Below, piece by piece: positions 56,882-64,000 of a stretch of DNA of 64,000 bases. Position 1 is the stretch's first letter. Every line of letters begins with the position of its first letter. This DNA comes from a virus, in IMG/VR virus record IMGVR_UViG_3300030110_005581. One strand, 5' to 3'. The position numbers and the translations under genes are program-made. The notes beneath the pieces were generated by a model that saw only the letters and a program-made list of their open reading frames with translations, did no database searches and was not told the origin of the DNA.

Positions 56882-59025
56882 TCCGACGTCACTCCCATTG
56901 ATTTATATAAATAGTCTTCAATTTCCCTAATTAACCCTGCTTCTTCATCATCCCTCTTTCCAGCGGCGCCCTCTACGGCGCCTGCGCCCATGGCTGATAT
57001 TTCTTCCAATTCTTCTTCCTCATCATCTTCCTGATCTTCAGTGCCTGTGTATTTATAAGCAACTTCAGGAACTGCAGCAATTGCTGGGCCAAACATACCA
57101 ACCGGGTCGACCTCATTTAATGTTTCTTCGATTAACCTGAGAAAGATACCCAGGGGAATCTGGGAAACCTCCTGCAGTTGTTCTTCAGGGCTTAGTTTTG
57201 ATTTAATCATATCATAAACTAAAGGATCATAAAAGCCCATTATGCTTTCAAACTCTTCTGGTTCTGCTGTTTTAAGTGCTTTGCGAATTGTAGTGCCAGA
57301 CATTTCTCCAAGCCCAGGAATATCTATCTCTATATGAGGTGCTACGTCAATATCCCAAGTCCATCCTTCACTTGTTGTGCCGTGCGTTTTTTGAAATCGC
57401 GGATCTTCTTGCATATCTTTTTCACCAACCAAATAAACAACTGAATATTCTTCAGGATCATAATTTTCCAAAACTTCCTTTGCGTTATATGGGTTTTTTA
57501 CTTTGATAATTCGATCTGGGGATATATCATGTGATTGGATAATCTGTTCTTTTTCCTCGAAAGTAAAAGGAGATTTTGGCGTACCATCTTTTTCGCTCAT
57601 ATTGACTGCATCAGATGTCGCCAGAAAAACTTCATCATAATTTGGATTTTCTAATATTTTTTTAAACACTTCTGCATGGTGCTGCCCCATCGGTTGAAAC
57701 CTTCCAGGATAAATCGCAATGATTTTCTTGTCGTCATTATCATAAAGAGACTTATAGTCGTCATGCTCTTCTGGTGTCATTGGGTCAACAGGGTTGCGCT
57801 TTGCATCCCTTTCTTCTTCTTCATATTTATCAGATGTATCATATGAAGAGTTGCCCCATGGCCCCTGAATAACGTCCCCTTCAGCAAGAGTCTCTTCGCC
57901 AGCCGCAATCTTATCTTTAATTACTCCGCTAGCACCCTTTACGATGAAATCACCGGTGACTTTTACAGGGCGGCCATCAAGACCCCTAATAACAATACCT
58001 TCGTGCCCCTCTAGACCACCCTTAGCGCTTTGTGAGGCGCGCTTTACGTCCATTCCCAGCTCATGGGTGCCCTGATTGAATAAAGCGCCGTTAATGGCCA
58101 TTTTAACGTCTTCTGGGGATTCTAATAAACTCATAAGAGGAGTCCCATTAAGCACTGCAAAATAAATCTCTTTACTAATAGCCCACGCTTCTTTTCCATC
58201 TTGCTTTTTAACTTTTGCTTCAAACGGATTAACAGCTTGAGATAACCATTCTCCAAGAGTGTGAGTTTCACTATCTTCTTCTGTTATTTGTATAGTAAAA
58301 GGGGTGTTTAGGGTTTCTGTGAAGTCTACGTCTGCAGATAATTCCGTGGCCACATCACCAACCAAACTTACACCTTGTTGTTCTGCTATCGGCTGAACTT
58401 TTTCAATAATCGATTGCAAAACCGCAGGGTCGTAACTAATCTCAGTGCTGCCGGCTTTTGTTGGTTTTCCAGTTTCTGAGTCGATTGGCCTTTCAAGCCC
58501 GGGCCTGTCCATACCTACGCCTTTTTTGATCCGCCATGGTTGTGCCCTCTTTTCGTAAAATTGATTCACACCATGAAGTGCCAAGATCTTTTCACCATAT
58601 TCAATGACGTTAGTTCTTCCCTTTTTCATATATTCAGTGTTGAAATATTTTGTAGGGTCGTCCCACATCCCAAGAGCTTGCAGTTCTGGCTTTATTTGTG
58701 GAAGAGCTTCATTAAATATTTTTAAAAGCTCATCGATGGCAGGAGGCATTCCATGACCTTTTGGCCACTTTTTATATGCATCTGCAGAAGTGAGCCCCTT
58801 AACAGATGAAGGCTCAGAGCTTCCCCTATCCATACGAAAATCTTTTCCTGTCGGAGTGGATGGGTCATCAACAAGCTTAAAACTAACATTGATACCATCA
58901 AATTTAACACTTCCCGGATTTGTAGAAAGGTGCTCAACAATCTTTTCGAAATATTGTATTAAATCCCTTCCAGTTTTGACACTTGGTATGTCAAAGGGAT
59001 GTTGCATATGTCCAGCAGTACCCAT
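56878..59025 (-). CDS. Ligase-fold nucleotidyltransferase fused to a cytidylyltransferase-like domain
   Basis: 715 aa with KFDG (motif I, K41), HEGIVIR (motif IV), PVKVTG (motif V), then PGRFQPMGQHH and MSGTTIR of the HIGH-type NTase fold. Acidic C-terminal tail. Confidence 0.6.
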   Translation of the reverse strand: MGTAGHMQHPFDIPSVKTGRDLIQYFEKIVEHLSTNPGSVKFDGINVSFKLVDDPSTPTGKDFRMDRGSSEPSSVKGLTSADAYKKWPKGHGMPPAIDELLKIFNEALPQIKPELQALGMWDDPTKYFNTEYMKKGRTNVIEYGEKILALHGVNQFYEKRAQPWRIKKGVGMDRPGLERPIDSETGKPTKAGSTEISYDPAVLQSIIEKVQPIAEQQGVSLVGDVATELSADVDFTETLNTPFTIQITEEDSETHTLGEWLSQAVNPFEAKVKKQDGKEAWAISKEIYFAVLNGTPLMSLLESPEDVKMAINGALFNQGTHELGMDVKRASQSAKGGLEGHEGIVIRGLDGRPVKVTGDFIVKGASGVIKDKIAAGEETLAEGDVIQGPWGNSSYDTSDKYEEEERDAKRNPVDPMTPEEHDDYKSLYDNDDKKIIAIYPGRFQPMGQHHAEVFKKILENPNYDEVFLATSDAVNMSEKDGTPKSPFTFEEKEQIIQSHDISPDRIIKVKNPYNAKEVLENYDPEEYSVVYLVGEKDMQEDPRFQKTHGTTSEGWTWDIDVAPHIEIDIPGLGEMSGTTIRKALKTAEPEEFESIMGFYDPLVYDMIKSKLSPEEQLQEVSQIPLGIFLRLIEETLNEVDPVGMFGPAIAAVPEVAYKYTGTEDQEDDEEEELEEISAMGAGAVEGAAGKRDDEEAGLIREIEDYLYKSMGVTSE
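56908..56914 (-). promoter_or_regulatory. Putative late promoter CTATTTA
   Basis: Inside the 3' end of the upstream CDS, 26 nt upstream of the ATG at 56881. Confidence 0.4.
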
Positions 59026-59037
59026 ATTTATATCCTT

Positions 59038-60099
59038 TTAGCTTGCCGCTGCCTGCCCAAGAATTCCAAGAAGCTCATTTTCTTCTTTGCTTCTTTCCCC
59101 AGCCGGCTTATCTTTTAATGTATTATACGCACTCCACATAGAATTGGCAGCATCTTGCTCGTCTTTTATATTTTTTGCGCCCATTCCAAGCAATGCAAAC
59201 CCTGCTGTGCCTTTGGCCGCGTCTGCGGAACTGCCACTTTCTGTATCAGCAGCGTCCTCCGAAGCCTCAGTTCCGCCGGTAGCCATGGCACCTGCAGATG
59301 CAACAGATACATCTGGCTGTGCTGCGGCCGCACTATATCTCTTTCCAAGCTCTTCTGGGTCTTTTTTCATAATCGCCAAAAATTCTTTCATCTTTGCTGC
59401 TTCTTCTGGAAAGTCGCCCTCATCTTCCAACCACCAAACTAAATCTCTATCTTTGTCACCATCGTCTTCAGCTTTAGTGACATTATCAAACTCTTTGTGA
59501 ATCGCAGTCCACATAACTGCCATTTGTAACTCTTCTGCACTACCAGGCTTTGCATTTGGATTTAGTTGTAGTATTGATTTAACCGTATCAACGCCAGATC
59601 CAGCACCATCCATTGCATCAAAAAGCCTTTGTGCTACATCCCTTTCAGTTAAATTGCCAGATTCCGCCTTTTTCGTAAATTCTGACTTATTTTCAACCTC
59701 AATGCCGTCTCCGAAATCTTTACCTTGAATCATGTTTCCTACGCCTTTGGTAAGCCACCCAGACTTCATCCTGTCTGGGCTTTCACCAAACATAGGATTA
59801 TTTTTCCCGCTAAATGTGCTCACTGCATAGTGAGTTGGGTCGACATATTTAACGGCCTTATCGTACCAATTATCTGTCACTCCAAGAGCGTCTGACGCCC
59901 AAACTGCACCTCCAACGGTTGCTGCAGCACCTAAGCCTTTTAAAACGGGAATAAGTGGCGCAAACCACACCAGCTCTTGAAGAAGCTCTTTGTCTTCGCC
60001 TTCTAGGAGAGATTCAAGCATTTCAATATCTTCATTTAAGATGGCCTCTTTAATTAACGCTTTCAGTTCTTTTTCAAGTGAATTGTTTGCACTAGTCAT
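59038..60099 (-). CDS. Probable ejection protein with hydrophobic segments and an annexin-like repeat
   Basis: Start revised to MTSANN at 60099 (SD AAGGAG). Contains an acidic propeptide-like N-terminus, hydrophobic LVWFAPLIPVLKGLGAAATVGGAVW, and AQRLFDAMDGAGSG...DLVWWLEDEGDF. Confidence 0.5.
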   Translation of the reverse strand: MTSANNSLEKELKALIKEAILNEDIEMLESLLEGEDKELLQELVWFAPLIPVLKGLGAAATVGGAVWASDALGVTDNWYDKAVKYVDPTHYAVSTFSGKNNPMFGESPDRMKSGWLTKGVGNMIQGKDFGDGIEVENKSEFTKKAESGNLTERDVAQRLFDAMDGAGSGVDTVKSILQLNPNAKPGSAEELQMAVMWTAIHKEFDNVTKAEDDGDKDRDLVWWLEDEGDFPEEAAKMKEFLAIMKKDPEELGKRYSAAAAQPDVSVASAGAMATGGTEASEDAADTESGSSADAAKGTAGFALLGMGAKNIKDEQDAANSMWSAYNTLKDKPAGERSKEENELLGILGQAAAS

Positions 60100-60100
60100 G

Positions 60101-62707
60101 TTATTTATTCTCCTTAAGTGAACGTTCATATTCTTCTCGGGCCTTAAGTACGTCAGGCGGCAGCGGAACCTCCATGGCCTTTTGGCCGGCCCGGGTTAAT
60201 CCTTCCACCTCTCCAGTGTCTGGGTTTGTTAAAGTGATCGGTGACATTCCGCTAGTTCCAGGGCCAAATTCTGCGCCACCGACACCGGTTTCTGCAACAT
60301 CTTTAGACATCATAGGTGAAGATTTAGTTACTTTAACTTTTTTCCGGCCACGACCTTTGTTCCAGCCTTTGCAATATTTAACCCCCTTGCAGTGGTTTCT
60401 TGAAAGCCAATAATTTGGCCTTTTAGGCTTTGCAAAGTCTACACCGTTCCATCGCCAACCTCGACCTTCTAACCAACTTATAGACATTCCTAAGAAAGAT
60501 CCTTGTGGCTTGGGTGCATTGCTAACCATAAATGATTTGTCTAAATTCTCATCTCCCCCAATCCCAGAATCAGGAGTATCCGGCAGTGCGCCGGCCTCAC
60601 GGTCTTGCCTTCGAACTTCAAGTTCAATACATGCGTGTTTGTTTCCTTTTTTGCAAAGCTCACGGAGTTGAGCGTCACTCATTGCGTCCAAAAGACGCTG
60701 ACGTTCAAGCGCCTGTTCTTCACTCTCTCCATCTCCAAAATCAGCAACATTTCCAATAACCTCTAATGCGGCGTATATGCCAAGCCCAATGCATAGAGTC
60801 TTATTGTTTTTACAAAACTGACTCAAAGCTCTGCCTATATTTCCCCTTATGAGATTTCTCCAGAACCCTTTTGGCGCTTCTTTTGCCGATTGCTTACCCG
60901 CCTCCTTTGCTGCCGCGGCTGCCGCGGCCTTTTGTTTTCCTTTTTCTGCTGCCACTCTTTGCGCCCGTTTACGCAATGTAGATCGCAACGCTGGATTTTT
61001 GTTAACTTTTTGTATGTAGCGGATAAGCTGGTCGCGGTTAGCACCCATCGCAGACGACCGCGGCATGCCCCTCAATAAGGCTTGTTGTCGCAGTATACTT
61101 ATCCTGCCTCCTTGGGCCATTTGACTTATTACGCCCGGCGCTGCATTTGGCGGAAATGTAATCCATTGCGGTGTTTTTTGCAGTGCCTTGGAGGCTATTT
61201 GGCTACCAAGACCGCCGTTCTGCACCATTTTCTGCAAGAGCCTGGCTACCATCTTGTTAGTCGCCGCTGAAGATAGGCCGGCGACAACAGGTCTTGCCGC
61301 GAAATCCAACACCCCTTCATTTAATAATGCAATTGCTGGGAGAAAGTTTTTATCGTCACCTTCGTCTAAAAGGGCTAGCGCTTGATTTACAAAAGCAGCC
61401 CTTTTCCGATGCACCTTTTGCTGCCGGAATTCATACAAAAGAATATCGTGACTTGGTGCCAAACTTTCGGAAAGAGATTTTTTTATTTTTGCTTTACTCT
61501 CTCTACTTTTTTTACCCGCATCAACTAATGCTTTTTTAGCTTTGCTAGCTGTAGCTTGAAAGGTCTTAAGTGCGTCTTTAGTTAGGAAATCAACTTGTTT
61601 TGTATTTACATCCTCGCCCTTATCTAAATACGCTTGTTTAAGGGCGCCAGAAATATATTTCTCAAACTCACTAACAACCGGGCCTTTGCCGGCAACCAGT
61701 TGATTTAGAATATCTAGCTTTCTTTTTGGAGAGGTGGCTTTAAATTCAGCTTCTTCATCCGACTCTTGCCCTTCGACATTTTTTATGATAGATTTTGCCA
61801 TGTCAAGACCAGACTTAATGTTAAGCTCTTTATCTTCTTTTTTTGACTTTTTTACCTTTTCAACATCAACGGCTTTTTCTTCCTCGACCTCTTCTTCTTC
61901 CTCTTGCTCAAAAAGGACGGACTTGTCCTTACGGCTCAGGCTTTTATCGCGGGAGACAGACTCGTTATTTATTTTTTTTTTTACTTCTCTTTGGTCTGGG
62001 CTGTGAGGGTGTTCTTCTGAAAGTTGGGATTCTAATTCCACTTCTCTTTCATCGTCGTCTTCTTCTTCGCGAAGTTCTGCTTCACCGTCCTCAAGGGATC
62101 CGTCTTGCGCTGTTGAATAACTTCTCATATTCATAAAAGGCTCTTCTTCTTCCTTGAGCGTGTATCCCCATTTTTCCATCAAGAGGCTGTTAAGTTCTTT
62201 ATCTTTCCAATCTTTGGTAGACATGTTGTTATCTCCTGCACTAACTGTACGCTTATAAATAGTTTCATTAAGTTGAATATTCTTTATTTTAGATGTTTTA
62301 ATGCCGTCTTCCCAATCCCTCAAGCAAAAGTTTCCTTCTCGATAAGCTTCATCTTCCATATTTCGTAAAAACTCATCGTCCTGAGCATATCCTGGAGCGG
62401 TTGAAAACTCCCTATTAAAATCGCCTCGACAATTTTGATTATGGTGCACCAATTCGTGAGATAGAGATCTTAAAATATCTTTAATGTGTCTCTTGTCAAC
62501 AAGAATTGTTATTTCCATTCTAGAGGGATCATACTGCCCGGTCTTACCCAGAGGGTTGGCACAATTTTCTTCATCAGATGCAAAATTAATTGTTGGCGGC
62601 CTATTGAAACCCATTCTCTTTTGAGCAAACGGGAGGAATTGTCTAGCCAACTTTTCTAATTGTGTTAAATCGTAGGAAGTATTGTTATTTATTACATATT
62701 CCATCAC
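60101..62707 (-). CDS. Probable internal head protein with an N-terminal HExxH metallopeptidase-like domain
   Basis: 868 aa with ILRSLSHELVHHNQ..MEDEAY, then an acidic region, a basic Ala/Lys-rich region and a hydrophobic segment (TLCIGLGIYAALEVIG). An in-frame internal start is at 62224. Confidence 0.55.
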   Translation of the reverse strand: MMEYVINNNTSYDLTQLEKLARQFLPFAQKRMGFNRPPTINFASDEENCANPLGKTGQYDPSRMEITILVDKRHIKDILRSLSHELVHHNQNCRGDFNREFSTAPGYAQDDEFLRNMEDEAYREGNFCLRDWEDGIKTSKIKNIQLNETIYKRTVSAGDNNMSTKDWKDKELNSLLMEKWGYTLKEEEEPFMNMRSYSTAQDGSLEDGEAELREEEDDDEREVELESQLSEEHPHSPDQREVKKKINNESVSRDKSLSRKDKSVLFEQEEEEEVEEEKAVDVEKVKKSKKEDKELNIKSGLDMAKSIIKNVEGQESDEEAEFKATSPKRKLDILNQLVAGKGPVVSEFEKYISGALKQAYLDKGEDVNTKQVDFLTKDALKTFQATASKAKKALVDAGKKSRESKAKIKKSLSESLAPSHDILLYEFRQQKVHRKRAAFVNQALALLDEGDDKNFLPAIALLNEGVLDFAARPVVAGLSSAATNKMVARLLQKMVQNGGLGSQIASKALQKTPQWITFPPNAAPGVISQMAQGGRISILRQQALLRGMPRSSAMGANRDQLIRYIQKVNKNPALRSTLRKRAQRVAAEKGKQKAAAAAAAKEAGKQSAKEAPKGFWRNLIRGNIGRALSQFCKNNKTLCIGLGIYAALEVIGNVADFGDGESEEQALERQRLLDAMSDAQLRELCKKGNKHACIELEVRRQDREAGALPDTPDSGIGGDENLDKSFMVSNAPKPQGSFLGMSISWLEGRGWRWNGVDFAKPKRPNYWLSRNHCKGVKYCKGWNKGRGRKKVKVTKSSPMMSKDVAETGVGGAEFGPGTSGMSPITLTNPDTGEVEGLTRAGQKAMEVPLPPDVLKAREEYERSLKENK
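62256..62262 (-). promoter_or_regulatory. Putative internal late promoter CTATTTA
   Basis: 31 nt upstream of an in-frame ATG (62224) that has a GGAG SD at 8 nt spacing. Confidence 0.45.
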
Positions 62708-62711
62708 ACAA

Positions 62712-62718
62712 TAAGTAG
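62712..62718 (-). promoter_or_regulatory. Putative late promoter CTACTTA
   Basis: Fills the short gap between the purA stop and the GTG/ATG at 62707/62704. Confidence 0.4.
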
Positions 62719-63714
62719 TTAAATTTTATCTTTATGGCCTGAAAAATAAATCTGCTGAATAGTTTTGCTTGTCAAGTTTTTTTCTAGCAAATTTTTAAAT
62801 TCTTTAGAGGATTTCATTTTGACGTGATCTCCATCTTTATACATGGCCCAAGTATTGACAGATTCCAGGACGTCCATCTTATTAACGACCAAGTGCGTCA
62901 CTCCATTAATGTTGATGGCCTTTTTAAGAAAATTTAAATTCATCCAGTTTACTTGTCTTTTCCTGCCAGTCGTGGCGCCATATTCTTCTCCAACTTCTTG
63001 GATTTTATTATAAATTTTACCTTCTGGTTGGAATTTCTTTGCCCCCACATAGGTTTCATAGCCTTTTGCAACCCCCCATACATGACGAATGTTTTGAGGG
63101 GGAACACCATTCATGCAAGCAGCGGCAGAAATGCAATTTGATGAGGTGACATAAGGATAATCTCCCCAGTCAACATCTAGTCCAAACCCTTGGGCGCCCT
63201 CAAACAAGACTTTTGAATCTGGTGTTTTGACATGCAATTCTTCGTATAGATCGACAACATATTCAGACAGCTCAGGAATGTCTTTAGCTCGTTTTCCAGT
63301 TCTGTCGTATTTGTCGCGATAAGCTGGGCCGTTACCTCTTTTAGTGGTGCCGATTTTTGTATCTTTTCCGTCTTCTGTTAGGTGCTCTTTGGTAATAATG
63401 TGTGTATTTTCTGCAATAAAAATAAGACCATCGGTTTCTATACCGCCATCTTTTAATTCTTTAATTTCTTTAAAAAACTGATCTACATTTAAAACACACC
63501 CTGAACCAATAATTGATTTGATACCAAAAAACACTCCTGCGGGAATGTGGTGAGTAATAAACTTTTTTCCTTTGTGGAAAATAGTGTGGCCCGCGTTGCA
63601 TCCGCCGTTATAACGAATCACATGGGTATAATCTTCTTGCTGGCAAAGCGCATGCGTGACTTTTCCTTTGCCGCAATCTCCGTACTGTAAGTCTACAACA
63701 ACATCTGCAAACAT
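62719..63714 (-). CDS. purA: Adenylosuccinate synthetase (short form)
   Basis: 331 aa with QYGDCGKGK, GGCNAGHT, FEGAQG, YPYVTSS, GATTGRKR and VNKMD. SD GGAGG. Confidence 0.93.
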   Translation of the reverse strand: MFADVVVDLQYGDCGKGKVTHALCQQEDYTHVIRYNGGCNAGHTIFHKGKKFITHHIPAGVFFGIKSIIGSGCVLNVDQFFKEIKELKDGGIETDGLIFIAENTHIITKEHLTEDGKDTKIGTTKRGNGPAYRDKYDRTGKRAKDIPELSEYVVDLYEELHVKTPDSKVLFEGAQGFGLDVDWGDYPYVTSSNCISAAACMNGVPPQNIRHVWGVAKGYETYVGAKKFQPEGKIYNKIQEVGEEYGATTGRKRQVNWMNLNFLKKAININGVTHLVVNKMDVLESVNTWAMYKDGDHVKMKSSKEFKNLLEKNLTSKTIQQIYFSGHKDKI

Positions 63715-63748
63715 ATAACCTCCATTGATGAGATTATATTATCACAAT

Positions 63749-63997
63749 TTAGAGTAAACGTTTACGAATAAATACTCTAATTTTATTTTCTTTAAAGTAG
63801 TCTTTAGAGGCTTTCGCATCTGGATCGAATCTTCCTAGAATGTGCTCGACGGCCTTATCTGTAGAGAACTCTGGATCTAAATAAAGAGTTACCGAATCAT
63901 AGAGATTATTAAACTTTCCAGTGGGCATTTGAATAACGCTGTTCATTACATAATGGGCGTTCAAGTCTTCGTATTTAGGATCTTCATATGCCTTCAT
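63749..63997 (-). CDS. Hypothetical protein
   Basis: 82 aa ORF in the dominant orientation directly upstream of purA. Confidence 0.5.
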   Translation of the reverse strand: MKAYEDPKYEDLNAHYVMNSVIQMPTGKFNNLYDSVTLYLDPEFSTDKAVEHILGRFDPDAKASKDYFKENKIRVFIRKRLL

Positions 63998-64000
63998 GAC

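Noticed and set aside
323-62136. Short plus-strand ORFs such as 323..775, 39032..39433, 50472..50861 and 59087..59500
   Set aside because: They are antisense shadows of long minus-strand genes, with no SD and no protein-like motifs.
62719-63714. PurZ (2-aminoadenine, Z-genome pathway)
   Set aside because: The P-loop is GDCGKGK with the catalytic Asp (PurZ has Ser there) and the TTGR Arg of PurA is retained. No dATPase or MazZ-like neighbours are visible.
1-64000. Stop-codon reassignment (alternative genetic code)
   Set aside because: Code 11 already gives near-complete coding density. TAA, TAG and TGA all end genes that abut or overlap the next start.
1-64000. Eukaryotic giant virus origin
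   Set aside because: SD sequences, sigma70 promoters, tmRNA, a sigma factor and contractile-tail baseplate genes all point to a bacteriophage.

Overview
This window is 64 kb of a large tailed bacteriophage genome, probably a jumbo-type myovirus. The evidence is bacterial Shine-Dalgarno sites, sigma70 promoters, genetic code 11, very dense coding and T4-like baseplate genes. Almost everything is on the minus strand. In transcription order (right to left) it holds: a short purA; four acidic proteins that look like internal head/ejection proteins (with metallopeptidase, annexin-like and ligase+cytidylyltransferase domains); a Fis-like regulator; a complete tmRNA (tag ANDNMEFDYALAA); an inverted two-gene island of exported proteins; PIN-PhoH; an 11-gene operon behind a near-consensus sigma70 promoter, ending in four glycosyltransferases, a methyltransferase and a PhnY-like dioxygenase; a phage sigma factor; a ~40 kb spike/baseplate/tail module including a 3545-aa LamG-bearing wedge protein; a RuvC-like resolvase; and the start of a primase. 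The strongest candidate for an undescribed system is the glycan-modification operon. It combines a five-domain GT2/ParB-like/NDK-like/NTase/NTP-transferase fusion with a PhnY-like hydroxylase that lacks PhnZ. It may be linked to a (S/T)-(G/A/S)-(S/A) tripeptide strongly enriched in a subset of tail proteins. All family assignments come from motif recognition and recall; no database searches were run.
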